From IMG/VR virus record IMGVR_UViG_3300037311_000293: a stretch of DNA of 64,000 nt; one strand, written 5' to 3'. A program made the position numbers and the translations under genes. The notes below the pieces were generated by a model. That model was not told where the DNA came from. It searched no databases and saw nothing but the letters and a program-made list of their open reading frames with translations. Positions 9,510-19,108 of this stretch are shown here, piece by piece. The first letter of the stretch is position 1, and each line of letters begins with the position of its first letter. The DNA is from a virus.

Positions 9510-9545
9510 CAAAAGAAGAGGGGATCACTCCCCTCTTCTTCTTTG
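9510..9545. terminator. bidirectional rho-independent terminator
   Basis: AAGAAGAGGGGA-tcac-TCCCCTCTTCTT between convergent genes, with A/T tracts on both sides. Confidence 0.8.
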
Positions 9546-9546
9546 C

Positions 9547-9870
9547 TCAGATTCTGAAGTACACGACGCCAAACACGGGCTCCGAGACTTCCATTGCTTG
9601 CTTGCCGAAGAACGCGAGCTTTGTCTTCTCGATGTCCTCGTCCGTAAGCCCTTCGCCGTTGACGTTGGCCAAGCTGATCTGCACGGATTCCGAAGCACTA
9701 AGAAAGACGACGCGCAATGCATCCTTCGTGAACGACTGCGCGAAACCGCGTTCCGAGACGATGTACCTGACGCCCTCCGGACTCTGCCAACCCTTCGGTG
9801 CCCGCTTCGGCAACAACAACGCGAGGCGTTTGTAACGCGCCGACTCCTCTGCGGTGTACTTGCGCTTCAT
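9547..9870 (-). CDS. hypothetical protein
   Basis: 107-aa ORF; ATGA overlap with the GroES gene. Confidence 0.5.
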   Translation of the reverse strand: MKRKYTAEESARYKRLALLLPKRAPKGWQSPEGVRYIVSERGFAQSFTKDALRVVFLSASESVQISLANVNGEGLTDEDIEKTKLAFFGKQAMEVSEPVFGVVYFRI

Positions 9871-10241
9871 GCCAAGACTCGATCGATGTCTTCGGGATCG
9901 AAGACCACGATGACACTGGATTCCTTGATCTTGACGAGGTCGAAGCGGACGAAGAACTGACGGTTTGTCTCCTGCTCCTTGAGGAACCGGATGAACGCCA
10001 CCTTGTCTCCGACCTTGAGCCCGCCAATCGGCGGACGCGGGCGTGACTTCGTGTTGGCGAAGCCGTAGGCGACGACCGTGCCCGTGGCCAGGATGCCGGC
10101 GTCCCCTCGATCCCCAGCGGTGTCCGGAATGTGGATGCCGCCAGAGGTCGTTTCTCGGAGCTCATCCATCTTCACGAGGATGTCGTCTCCGAGGATCTTG
10201 AGAAGACGACCATCGGCCAACTTGTATTCGTTGTGGTTCAT
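9867..10241 (-). CDS. groES: GroES-like co-chaperonin
   Basis: Start revised to MNHNEY. LKILGDDILVK....ETTSGGIHIPDTA....ATGTVVAYG....LKVGDKVAF...IKESSVI matches the Cpn10 mobile-loop pattern. Confidence 0.8.
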   Translation of the reverse strand: MNHNEYKLADGRLLKILGDDILVKMDELRETTSGGIHIPDTAGDRGDAGILATGTVVAYGFANTKSRPRPPIGGLKVGDKVAFIRFLKEQETNRQFFVRFDLVKIKESSVIVVFDPEDIDRVLA

Positions 10242-10633
10242 TCGACTTTCGTGAGGCGAGAGGTTTCGATCCATTCCTTGTGGTCGCCGAAGTCGACGAG
10301 CACGTGGTCTTCGCCGTCGTGGTTGACGTCGACCACGCGTCCCTCGAGCTGGCTGGCGGTCTTTCCGTCGGCGACGACTCGAACGCGATCCTTGGGGAAG
10401 TAGGTATTGGCGTGCTTGAACATGGTGTTGCCTTGTGCAGTACGGTACGGGCCGTGTGATGGCGGACTGGATGCCCAGATCCACTTCTCTACATTATCAC
10501 ACCACGAACATCCAGGATCGCAGCGCTTTGTATTGAAGTCAGGGCCCGGAAGGGGATACAGGCACGCCAACCTATGGAGTAGATCGACGTGCCTGTACAA
10601 CAGGGCCCAGATCAGTACGTAGGCCAGCATCAC
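10238..10633 (-). CDS. hypothetical protein with C-terminal SH3/KOW-like region
   Basis: FPKDRVRVV....EGRVVDV....VLVDF; possible internal start at 10423. Confidence 0.4.
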   Translation of the reverse strand: MMLAYVLIWALLYRHVDLLHRLACLYPLPGPDFNTKRCDPGCSWCDNVEKWIWASSPPSHGPYRTAQGNTMFKHANTYFPKDRVRVVADGKTASQLEGRVVDVNHDGEDHVLVDFGDHKEWIETSRLTKVE

Positions 10634-11019
10634 TTGTCGTCGCCGACCTCGATCTCCATGATGTCGAGCTCCTTGACGCCGGGCGGAGCATCCATCGTGC
10701 CGACGTCGACACCCGTGACACCCGAAGGTACCTCGCCGAGCTCACCGCTGTGAGCCGCGAGGAACGCACGAACCCCCTGCTTGATCGTGGGATTCGCGAC
10801 ACGAAGCTGATTCTTCATGTCTTCGGCGTCGGCGAGGATGAACACGCCGGGCTTGCCGTCCGTGTTGTCCTTGCCGAACTGAAGCGCCAGGCACATCGAG
10901 CGGCGACCGTCGCTGTCGGTCCATGCCACTGCGAACAGCTTGGCCTCGGTCACACCCTCGACAGCGTTGATCTTCTTGCTGAACTCCGGCGCTGCGGTGG
11001 GTTGAATCACACGTCCCAT
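10630..11019 (-). CDS. hypothetical protein
   Basis: SD GGAGG before ATG; biased codon usage. Confidence 0.55.
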   Translation of the reverse strand: MGRVIQPTAAPEFSKKINAVEGVTEAKLFAVAWTDSDGRRSMCLALQFGKDNTDGKPGVFILADAEDMKNQLRVANPTIKQGVRAFLAAHSGELGEVPSGVTGVDVGTMDAPPGVKELDIMEIEVGDDK

Positions 11020-11028
11020 GTCGTCCTC

Positions 11029-11337
11029 CTAAACCAGAAGGTCCTTGTGGTCCTTCTCTCCTGACAAGATCTCAGAAACCGTCTGACCGCTCACCACCAT
11101 GGGAGCGCCATCACCGACGCGCATCTTGACCACGGAGGCCTTGTGCGCACGAATCATGTCGATGCAGAACTGTAGCAGACCCGAACGATCAAGTGGTGGA
11201 CTGCTACTCAGCAGCTTGAGGTTGCCGTCGCGTTCTTCGTAGGCCGCGACATCGACGGCCTCCACTGCGGCGAGTTCCCCAGCAGAGTCGCAGGCGTTGC
11301 CCAGCCTGTATTGAATCACCAATACAGTCATCGGCAT
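11029..11337 (-). CDS. hypothetical protein
   Basis: Co-directional ORF abutting its neighbours. Confidence 0.45.
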   Translation of the reverse strand: MPMTVLVIQYRLGNACDSAGELAAVEAVDVAAYEERDGNLKLLSSSPPLDRSGLLQFCIDMIRAHKASVVKMRVGDGAPMVVSGQTVSEILSGEKDHKDLLV

Positions 11338-11927
11338 CAGCCCTGCTGGAAACCGTCTTCATCGACGTCACCCACGACGTCCTGAAGCGTTCTCGCGGCC
11401 TGTGGCGCCGTCTGCGGTACCTCGGGATAGCCCATCTCGTCTGCGGACACCCGCCGAGGCGGAACCTGTCGGGCTCGCCGCTTCATGTCTTCCTTCTGGG
11501 CGTGCCGTAGCCGAAGAGCCTCGGTTTGCTTCGCCTTGATCTGCGCCTTTCGCGTCTCCTGCGCCGTGGGCTCGTGCTCTTGTTCCGGAGGCGTGAACGC
11601 GTCCTCCGGGAAGGAGGCGAAGGGAGAAGGGGGATCGGAGACAACACCCTCGTCTTCGTCTTCGAGATCGGGGAACGTCTCTACCACCTCGTCTTGTACT
11701 TCATCCCTGGATTCGATCCATCCAGCCGAGTGAACCATGCCAAGTGCGCCGCCCACGACTTGGAAGTCACCATGAACTGCCGAGGCGACGACAGCGGCGA
11801 CGTCTTCTTCGGCGCACTGCACCTCGAACTCTCGGTCAGCGATCCGGATGACCAAGCAGTTGTGCTGCTCACGGGTATCGGGATCCCATTCCTGGCGAAC
11901 GCGCACCAGGTCGACGACGATCTTCAT
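11337..11927 (-). CDS. hypothetical protein, acidic low-complexity centre
   Basis: 196 aa; ATGA/TGATG overlaps. Confidence 0.5.
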   Translation of the reverse strand: MKIVVDLVRVRQEWDPDTREQHNCLVIRIADREFEVQCAEEDVAAVVASAVHGDFQVVGGALGMVHSAGWIESRDEVQDEVVETFPDLEDEDEGVVSDPPSPFASFPEDAFTPPEQEHEPTAQETRKAQIKAKQTEALRLRHAQKEDMKRRARQVPPRRVSADEMGYPEVPQTAPQAARTLQDVVGDVDEDGFQQG

Positions 11928-12250
11928 GAGCGTCCTCCAAAGGGATTGGGAGGCGGGGGCGGTGTGCGGGGGTCATCCATCTTCTTCGCCAGGCGGATGA
12001 CGGCGAGCGCGCCAGAACCAATCTGGCCCGCGTACTTCAGGATCAAACACTTGTTCGGTGTATCCAGAACCAGACCGTTCTCGTCGAGGCCTTCTTCGGC
12101 GTTGAAGGCCATGCAGTCCGGACCGCAGACGCGATCACGGTCGTGCCAGCACAGCGCGCCGTTTCGTACGTCCTGTGTATCGGGACGCTCGATGTACGGG
12201 CTGTCCTTGAGATCTTCGACCAACGAGTCGAGCTCGTCATCACGATTCAT
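11924..12250 (-). CDS. hypothetical Cys-containing protein
   Basis: C....DRVCGPDCMAF motif; ATGA overlaps. Confidence 0.5.
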   Translation of the reverse strand: MNRDDELDSLVEDLKDSPYIERPDTQDVRNGALCWHDRDRVCGPDCMAFNAEEGLDENGLVLDTPNKCLILKYAGQIGSGALAVIRLAKKMDDPRTPPPPPNPFGGRS

Positions 12251-12777
12251 CGCTTCCTCTTCTTCTTTCCCGGCGAGCGAGTACGTACCGTAGGCGTGTT
12301 GTCGGGATCCACGAACACGGGATGGAGTGGTAGGTTGTTCTCCACGGCGAACATGCGGTGCTGTACTTCGGCTTCTTCGAAGGCAGCGGTAACCGCGGCT
12401 CCGCAGATCTTCTGCATCACGGCGTCACGAGCTGCTTGAGCCAGACGATTGTGACGACGCGCTTTCTCGACTGCCTCATCGTCGCCTTCCGGTACCTCGA
12501 CCATCTTGGGTAGCAGACCGATGAACTCGAGCGACTGCACCAGCGGCCCGGCACCATGAACGGCGAGCGTGCGGATCAGTACGGTACCGATACGCTCGAT
12601 ATCCCAGACCTGCTCTGAGGTCACGAACCCTACAGTATCGGCTAGCCGACCCTCCCACCCGCAGTTCGGGCACTGAGCTGTCGACGTCGATGACCCTTCG
12701 GCGTCTCTGAGCTCTGAACGGGTGATCTTCAAATCGATTCCACCACAATCCGGGCATGTGTGTCGTGCGTCAGCCAT
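12247..12777 (-). CDS. Zn-ribbon protein
   Basis: CPDCGG...CPNCGW; SD AGGAG. Confidence 0.55.
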   Translation of the reverse strand: MADARHTCPDCGGIDLKITRSELRDAEGSSTSTAQCPNCGWEGRLADTVGFVTSEQVWDIERIGTVLIRTLAVHGAGPLVQSLEFIGLLPKMVEVPEGDDEAVEKARRHNRLAQAARDAVMQKICGAAVTAAFEEAEVQHRMFAVENNLPLHPVFVDPDNTPTVRTRSPGKKKRKR

Positions 12778-12803
12778 GTGATCTCCTGAAAGGACTGGAG
12801 CAT

Positions 12804-12823
12804 ACCCGCCCCGAAGGGCGGGT
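12804..12823 (-). terminator. C(UUCG)G tetraloop hairpin
   Basis: ACCCGCCC-UUCG-GGGCGGGU on the minus strand between genes; U-tract weak. Confidence 0.55.
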
Positions 12824-12828
12824 CCTAG

Positions 12829-13230
12829 TCACTTCTTTCGCTTCTTCTTGGCGCGGTACTTCGCCTCTTCCTTGAAAGTGTCGTACAGATCTTGCTCCGC
12901 CGACGAGTCCATGCAGATCACCCCGAACATGTCAGGCACCGTCGATGACCGAAGATGCTTGCGGTCGATCTTGCATTGCAGCTCGTTGTGCAGGTACTGG
13001 TAATCCGAGGACAGCTCGAGGTAGGCAGCCCTGCGCGCCTTGAGAATGTCGACGAAATCCGAGTCCGCTTGCTTGGATGCCAGATGCCTGGCGATCTTGC
13101 GCTCCATCTGTTCAGCCGACTTGTCCATCGCCTTCGAAAGACGGAGGTACTTACGGCTGAGCTCTTGTATCGGCTTGATGGCTTCGGCGAGGTCACGAGC
13201 CACGCGCCGCGAGAGGTCGGGCATCTTCAT
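12829..13230 (-). CDS. hypothetical coiled-coil protein
   Basis: 133 aa, helical, basic tail. Confidence 0.5.
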   Translation of the reverse strand: MKMPDLSRRVARDLAEAIKPIQELSRKYLRLSKAMDKSAEQMERKIARHLASKQADSDFVDILKARRAAYLELSSDYQYLHNELQCKIDRKHLRSSTVPDMFGVICMDSSAEQDLYDTFKEEAKYRAKKKRKK

Positions 13231-13885
13231 CGGTAGACCCGCTTCAGGATCTTGACATCATGATCCGAAATCCATGGAGGGAGCTGCCCCATGGGCGTTG
13301 GTGTTTGAATCGGCCGCATGATGCTCTGTTCGTAGTCGTCGTGGGCAAGCCCGAGACAGTGACCGAGCTCGTGCAGGAGCACGTGACCCTCCATCTCGGT
13401 ATCGCCCGTGTTCGACGTCCGAATGGTGCAGTAAACGTCGAGGTCGCCGGGATCGTACTCCATCACCCAGTGACGTGCATCACCAGCGCTGTCCATCCAA
13501 TCTGGATCTCGGGCTTGTTCGGGGTGGTAGCAGATCATCGAGCCGTCGAGACACAGGCCGTCTTCCAAGTCATCGGCAAGGATGAGAAGCCCGAAGCCAA
13601 CACGGCTGTTCACGTGACCCACTGCGTCTTCGAGAATCGCCGTGTAGTCCATGGCGTAGACACGGTCCTCGAGGAAGATATCGATCTCGATCGGTGACTG
13701 ACGCAGCATGACGTCGAAGCATGACGTCGAAGCAATCCCCGGTGTAGTCGTAGCGATCGTCCGTCGTACGGCAGGCGCGCATCAGACCGGGCTCATCGTG
13801 GGTGAGGACCCCCGACAAGTACGAGTACGAGAGCAGTGACAGTCAGCGCCGCCACGATCCCGAGCATGATGTAGTTCCGCTTCAT
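13227..13885 (-). pseudogene. matrixin-like (metzincin) metallopeptidase with N-terminal signal/TM segment, interrupted by two frameshifts
   Basis: HELGHCLGLAH plus Met-turn SIMRP in ORF 13227-13709. The upstream part joins it if one base of the C5 run (13809-13813) and one copy of a 13-bp duplication (13705-13734) are removed. Confidence 0.6.
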
Positions 13886-14481
13886 GAACCTTCTCCCATG
13901 ACCCTCACGGGCCACGCATCGATCAGCAACTCCCTGTGCATACCATAGTTGCTGGTCCGCTCATAGACATCGATTTTGGACTCGTCGAGCTCCAAGATCT
14001 TTTCGTCCACTTGGCCCTTGCGGATCAGGTAGGCGAGCCAGGCCTGTGGGTTCTTCGGTATCCGAGGCGCGTTGATGGTGGTCTTGGCGACGCTGAACCT
14101 CTGCGGCCGGTGACCAATCCTGGGGTCCGGGCTGTTCACCACGAGAGCGGTGAGGCCGTCGATCAGCCCGGAGCCGAACAAGATCGTGGCTACATCATCG
14201 GGTCTCACCTGTACCACCACCGCGGTCTCGTCTCGGATGAAGAACAAGGAGCTTGAGCCGGGGTCGTATTCGAGACCGGCTCCTGCCTTGCCGACCAGAA
14301 GAGAGTGCATGTAGATCGTGTTGATCTCGAAGCGCATGATGCGCTTGCGTGACCGCGCACAGGTGATCTCCCAGCCACGTTCCCGAGTCTCACCCTTGAA
14401 CGCCTCGTGAAAGACCAGAATCTCGATGTCGGTCTGAATCTTGGTCTTGATCTTGATACCATCGCGTCGTAGCTGCTTCAC
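13882..14481 (-). CDS. hypothetical protein
   Basis: GTG start at 14481 after SD GAGGAG. Confidence 0.5.
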   Translation of the reverse strand: MKQLRRDGIKIKTKIQTDIEILVFHEAFKGETRERGWEITCARSRKRIMRFEINTIYMHSLLVGKAGAGLEYDPGSSSLFFIRDETAVVVQVRPDDVATILFGSGLIDGLTALVVNSPDPRIGHRPQRFSVAKTTINAPRIPKNPQAWLAYLIRKGQVDEKILELDESKIDVYERTSNYGMHRELLIDAWPVRVMGEGS

Positions 14482-14485
14482 TGGT

Positions 14486-15160
14486 CTACTCCTCGTGCTT
14501 GATGCGCCGTACACCGGCCATCTGGAAAAGCGCTTCCTCAAGCTCAGCGATTCTGTCGTGAAGAGCCTGCACAGCACCGAGATGCTCGATCTCGGAGAGG
14601 AGCTGGCCGATGGCCCAGTCCTCGGTGCCCTCCATGAGAGACTCCTCTGCGGTACGGGTCCGGTACGTCCTGGCGATCTCCTGAATCGTCTCCGGAGACG
14701 GCCGAGGCGGCAGGGTCGGCGGGCCGCCGTCCCCGGGAAGCCATCGCTTGTTCCACGGTCTGAACTTCAGGATCCACTCAGGCGACGGAAATGCGCCGGT
14801 GAAGTGGTAGCCTCGATCGTCGATGTACAGCACCGACGGTGGCTTCTCGGTAGGCCACTTGATCTTGAAGTACTCGCGCTGTGCCGCTTCCCAGGCATCG
14901 ACAGGCTCGAAGCCCGCGGCGAGCATGAACTTCTTGAGATGACTGCGCATCCATTCCTTCATCGCCTGGATACCTCCTGGCGCCGAGGAACGGCTTGAGT
15001 GGATGTGGAGCACGAGCTCGGGATGACTGACGACCTCGACAACCCAGGCCATCGCGCCGGGAACAGGACCGTCGTGGATCTCCACCGCAGTCGTCCACGG
15101 AGAGTCGTAGGCGTGAAGAACACCATCGAAGTCGCAGCACACGTTGTATTTCTTGCTCAT
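14486..15160 (-). CDS. HAD-superfamily phosphatase-like protein
   Basis: Motif I CCDFDGVL, motif II HSSR, K in EKP and YIDDR motif IV. Confidence 0.7.
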   Translation of the reverse strand: MSKKYNVCCDFDGVLHAYDSPWTTAVEIHDGPVPGAMAWVVEVVSHPELVLHIHSSRSSAPGGIQAMKEWMRSHLKKFMLAAGFEPVDAWEAAQREYFKIKWPTEKPPSVLYIDDRGYHFTGAFPSPEWILKFRPWNKRWLPGDGGPPTLPPRPSPETIQEIARTYRTRTAEESLMEGTEDWAIGQLLSEIEHLGAVQALHDRIAELEEALFQMAGVRRIKHEE

Positions 15161-16131
15161 CGTTTCCTCTTGGGCTTCTTGCCTCGGATCGACTCGACTG
15201 CTTTGATCAGCAGCTTCTTGTCCTTCTCTTCTTTGCGGATGACCTTCTGCACCAACGTGTCATCGATGAGCTCGTCGAGCCTGTCTTCGATGAGGCTACG
15301 AAGAACCTGCGGCGGCAGCGCGTCGACCTCCCATGACGAGTCGCCGTGCTGCTCGACGTACTTCGCCGCGCGACTATCGGTGAGCTTCGCCGGGTTCGGT
15401 GGAGGATCATACTGCTCGATCTGACTCATCGTGAGCGCCAGCTTCTCCACGCGGACCTTGAGCCCAGGAAGCCGGAGCTTGCGCTCCTCCGCGGTCTCCT
15501 GTTCGAAGTCGTCATCGATGAGCCAGCCGTTGTTGACGTACTCGTAGAGCCGCTCGTCGATGTCACGGACCATGTCCTCACCGCTGGGATCGTGATCTCC
15601 GAGGTACAGGATGACGGCGGAGTCGGCACCGATGGCGTCGCAGCTCTCTCGAACCCGTGTTCCGGCTTCCTTCATCGCTGAGGTCGAGCTGTAGCCCCGA
15701 TTGACCATCAACGTGATGTGGTACTCCCTGGCGATGGGCGCCAAGACACCGGCAAGGGCGTCCTTCTCGACCCAGAGCTCGACGTAGGCGTCCTGGCCGA
15801 CAAGTCGAGGAAGCCGGTAGCTGTACAGCGCGGCGTCGAGGAGCTGGTTGAGGTCGTCGTACTGCGGCGGTTGCTGGGGCCGGCGAACACGGTCCTCCAC
15901 AGCATCCCAGCGGATCCAGCCACCCCGACGAGCTCGACTGACGATCTCTCCGATTCGCTTGTACGAGTTCTCGGTGTTTGGGATCAGATCCCTGGCAACG
16001 AGCTGGTAGTACAACTGACGAAGCGTGAGCCGAAGGTTCTGCTCGGCATAGCTATCGATGATCCCGATGATAACGTGAAGCAGCGCTCGCGTCGCCTTGG
16101 TCGGGCTGTAGCGCTCATAGATCTCCCTCAT
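15157..16131 (-). CDS. Topoisomerase VI subunit A-like / Toprim-domain protein
   Basis: Winged-helix LTLRQLYYQL; Toprim motifs WVEKDAL, VNRGYSS, YLGDHDPSG; WEVDAL. Confidence 0.7.
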   Translation of the reverse strand: MREIYERYSPTKATRALLHVIIGIIDSYAEQNLRLTLRQLYYQLVARDLIPNTENSYKRIGEIVSRARRGGWIRWDAVEDRVRRPQQPPQYDDLNQLLDAALYSYRLPRLVGQDAYVELWVEKDALAGVLAPIAREYHITLMVNRGYSSTSAMKEAGTRVRESCDAIGADSAVILYLGDHDPSGEDMVRDIDERLYEYVNNGWLIDDDFEQETAEERKLRLPGLKVRVEKLALTMSQIEQYDPPPNPAKLTDSRAAKYVEQHGDSSWEVDALPPQVLRSLIEDRLDELIDDTLVQKVIRKEEKDKKLLIKAVESIRGKKPKRKR

Positions 16132-16427
16132 CTTGCACCCACACTTTCTCCTGAGCCGTTCTGTGGTAGCCCGACAGCACCAAGGCGATCAGCGGCATGA
16201 GCTCGCCGCGCCGATTCAGAGCGCTGAGTGCGTCGGCATAGAAGACCGGACGCACTTGCCGCTTCTCCACGATCTGGATCATCTCAGATCTGACATAGCC
16301 TTTCGCGCACAACGCCGTCAGGGCAACGTGGGCGAAGTAACGCTCGAGCTCCTTCATCGCCGCCGCCGTCGGAATACGCCACAGGGCCAGAGCACGAACG
16401 CGATCATGGTGTAGAGATACGTCGTCT

Positions 16428-16850
16428 TCACTTGAACCTCTTGTACATGTTGACGCTTCCAGCGATCTCGGCGGTGAGAGACTCACACCCGCAGTCGTCT
16501 TCGCAGACAAATCCAAGACTGCGAAGTAGAGGGATCATATGGATGTTGACCACCTCGGCGTGTACTTCGATCCCGACCTCTTCGGCCTCGTCTACCACGG
16601 CTTCGCAGAGTGCTCTCGCAACGCCTTGTCTACGAAACCTTGAATCGACCACAACAGAGAGGGTGATGCAGAGGCTGTCGGCATTGACAGCGACCGCCCC
16701 TATGACATCCCTATCGCCGTCAACCGCTAGATATCGGATCTCTTGATTGCGGTAGAGGTAGAGACCGGCTTCGTTGAAGAGATCGTAGCCCTCGTCGACA
16801 TCAACGTCATCGTCATCGGCCCCGACGATCTCGTACTCCACTTCGGACAT
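16428..16850 (-). CDS. GNAT-family acetyltransferase
   Basis: Acetyl-CoA motif VVDSRFRRQGVARAL; LRSLGF. Confidence 0.75.
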   Translation of the reverse strand: MSEVEYEIVGADDDDVDVDEGYDLFNEAGLYLYRNQEIRYLAVDGDRDVIGAVAVNADSLCITLSVVVDSRFRRQGVARALCEAVVDEAEEVGIEVHAEVVNIHMIPLLRSLGFVCEDDCGCESLTAEIAGSVNMYKRFK

Positions 16851-16868
16851 GAATAGTCTCCTCGAGCC

Positions 16869-16876
16869 CTGATAGG
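16869..16876 (-). promoter_or_regulatory. recurrent motif CCTATCAG
   Basis: TTTTGCCTATCAG then GAGGAG and ATG at 16850; follows a UUCG hairpin. Confidence 0.55.
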
Positions 16877-16894
16877 CAAAAGAGCAGAAGGACT

Positions 16895-16914
16895 AGCCCC
16901 GGCGAACCGGGGCT
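16895..16914 (-). terminator. UUCG hairpin terminator
   Basis: AGCCCCGG-UUCG-CCGGGGCU. Confidence 0.6.
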
Positions 16915-17124
16915 GTCCTCTGCATCAGAGACCCTACAGCTAGAAACGCCACCGCCCCGTCCTGATGTAGTAACCCGCTACCTGTGTAGGGTTAGGAACG
17001 ATCAAACTATTGGCCGCCGAAACTCCACCAAGTTTGATCATGTAGTTGATACGGTAAGGCATCTCCTGAGCGATACGACGCGTCGCTTCTCGAAGGATCC
17101 GTCGGCGCTTTCTACTCACGGCAC

Positions 17125-17535
17125 TCATTGCGATTGCTCGAGCGCTAGGCGCATTGCGGTTCCACGGAGCCAGCCTTCGAAGTGTGCTTGCTCCAGCGGG
17201 CCGCAGGGCCCTCCCGAAGCGGACTCAGGAACAACGAGCCGTGGCCCTTTGGGCCCCAAGCTGACGTAGGTCGGCCCGTAGACCTTCCTCCACTCACGGA
17301 GGCACGGGCTCATCCAGAGGGCGAAGCCTACGGCCGCGCTGCCTTCAGCCTGTGCTTTGTCGATGAGCTTCTGTGGCGTGGTGCCATGAGCAACGGCGTA
17401 CGACACGTAGTAGGGGTTCCAGCCCGTTGCGTGTTTCGTCTCTTCGGCGCCGGGTGGCACGATCACGATCACTTCCATCAGTCGACCTCTTGCGGGTCTG
17501 GGTTTCGCTCCATGTCGCAAGCGAAACAGGTACAC
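17125..17535 (-). CDS. hypothetical protein
   Basis: 136-aa co-directional ORF. Confidence 0.45.
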   Translation of the reverse strand: MYLFRLRHGAKPRPARGRLMEVIVIVPPGAEETKHATGWNPYYVSYAVAHGTTPQKLIDKAQAEGSAAVGFALWMSPCLREWRKVYGPTYVSLGPKGPRLVVPESASGGPCGPLEQAHFEGWLRGTAMRLALEQSQ

Positions 17536-17673
17536 AGCTCTCCACGAGCCCTTTCTGCCTGCCGTTCAGGATGATCGTGCTTGAGGCGGGGATTGAGCCA
17601 CATGCCGCCGACTACCTTTCCGTCCCTGACAACCTCGGCGTCGGGCTCTCCCATGAACCTCTTTGGGGTGTTG

Positions 17674-17865
17674 TTAGTCATCAGTCGACCCCTTCTCCAG
17701 CTTGCTGAGTACCTGATGCTGTTTGGCGACGAGACGTTTGAGCTCGCGGATCTCACGATCTTTCTCGGCGAGCAGCTTGATGAAGTACGAAGAAGGCGCC
17801 ACGCGCCGTGCGCCGAGCCGGTAGGCCACGACGCACAGCGCTAGTGTGATCGAGATGTAGAGCAC
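17674..17865 (-). CDS. small membrane-anchored coiled-coil protein
   Basis: N-terminal hydrophobic helix followed by heptad repeats. Confidence 0.45.
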   Translation of the reverse strand: MLYISITLALCVVAYRLGARRVAPSSYFIKLLAEKDREIRELKRLVAKQHQVLSKLEKGSTDD

Positions 17866-17868
17866 GGT

Positions 17869-18861
17869 TCACCCGTCGATCTCTTCCCAGATCTCCTTGA
17901 CGCATTCGTAGACCATACGCCCGTACGTCAGTCCGGGACGCATCTTCACTCCGAGGAAGTGGAGAACAACGCGCATCTCGCTCAGTTCGGGCGGTTTGCC
18001 GCGCCGTTCGCCGCCAGCCAGAGCCATCATCATGCTCTGCGCCCAATAGCCGCCCCGATCGCCGTACACCAGGCGACAGAACCAGTGAGGGAGCTTGGTG
18101 CCGGGCTCGTCGAGTGCGGCAAACCGCGTGAGCTCATTGATCGAGGCCACCAGATCCTTGTCCGAGGCCTCGATTTCGGCGATGCGCCGTCTGATGGTGT
18201 TGTTCGTTCGCTTCTGGTTCGACTTCAGGCGGAGGTAGAAGGCGCCATCTTGTAACGACCTCAACATGGGAGCCGGCAACATCCTGGACCTGTCGCTCGC
18301 GAAGATCTCGTCGATGCGCGCGACAACGCGCTTCGCCGGCAACTCGCTGTTCTGAATCATGGGTGTGTACTCCATGATCTGACACGCCTCGATGCACAGC
18401 TTCTCTAGAGCCTCGACGAGGGCGTCGAGGGTGTTGGACACGAAGGTGTCCTTCGGCGTCGGCACAGCCGTTTCCGGCGGCAGCTTCTTCACCTCCCACG
18501 AAGAAGCGAAGAGGCGGCTGTGACCAACGGCGAGACGGAGCTTCTTCTCCGCCATCTGCCGAGATGGATGCACCGCAGTGACGTGTACCGGCTGCCTGGT
18601 GGCGCCGTGGATCGACAGAGAGACCCCGTAGATCTTCTCGCCGTGTACGACGAACTCCCCGATGGCGTCGTACATCCGCTGCCAGTCGGTGTCGCTGATT
18701 CGACAGACCTCACGGCGCTGGCCGAACACCGGATTGCAGGTCGGGCAGTACGGCCGCTCGGTGTCCATGAGGCGATTGCACGTCTCGCAGCGCACCGGAT
18801 TGATCGTGATGTCGGCTTGAGGAACCTTGTCCATGAGCACTTCGTCCGAGAGATACATCAT
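17869..18861 (-). CDS. Zn-finger-containing hypothetical protein
   Basis: Start revised to MMYLSDE; CETC...CPTC. Confidence 0.5.
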   Translation of the reverse strand: MMYLSDEVLMDKVPQADITINPVRCETCNRLMDTERPYCPTCNPVFGQRREVCRISDTDWQRMYDAIGEFVVHGEKIYGVSLSIHGATRQPVHVTAVHPSRQMAEKKLRLAVGHSRLFASSWEVKKLPPETAVPTPKDTFVSNTLDALVEALEKLCIEACQIMEYTPMIQNSELPAKRVVARIDEIFASDRSRMLPAPMLRSLQDGAFYLRLKSNQKRTNNTIRRRIAEIEASDKDLVASINELTRFAALDEPGTKLPHWFCRLVYGDRGGYWAQSMMMALAGGERRGKPPELSEMRVVLHFLGVKMRPGLTYGRMVYECVKEIWEEIDG

Positions 18862-19108
18862 CTCTTTCCTTTCCATGCGTTGTTGCGCATGCGCGATCGG
18901 GATGCTTGCTTTCTTGAGACCCCGAGAAACTTGGCTTCGGTTTTGTTCCACCAGTTGACCGTTTTGGACCTGAGCTTTGGAGAGGACCAGAGCCAGCCCT
19001 TGAACGTACGGTCCGGCCACCGCGGCAGGCTGACACCGTACTGGCGCAGACGACGTAGCCTGTTGTAGGCGATGCGCTCAAGGCGCATTCGTCGTTTTGT
19101 CGCCATGA

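Noticed and set aside
8325-9528. Long alternative-frame and antisense ORFs (for example 8325-9305, 8563-9528, 7489-8553)
   Set aside because: By-products of strong GC3 bias over real genes; no SD and no motifs.
3244-16121. TCTATGAG copies inside genes (about 3244, 5394, 13960, 16114)
   Set aside because: They lie within CDSs (mostly Tyr-Glu codons), so they were not counted as promoters; they show this variant is low-specificity.
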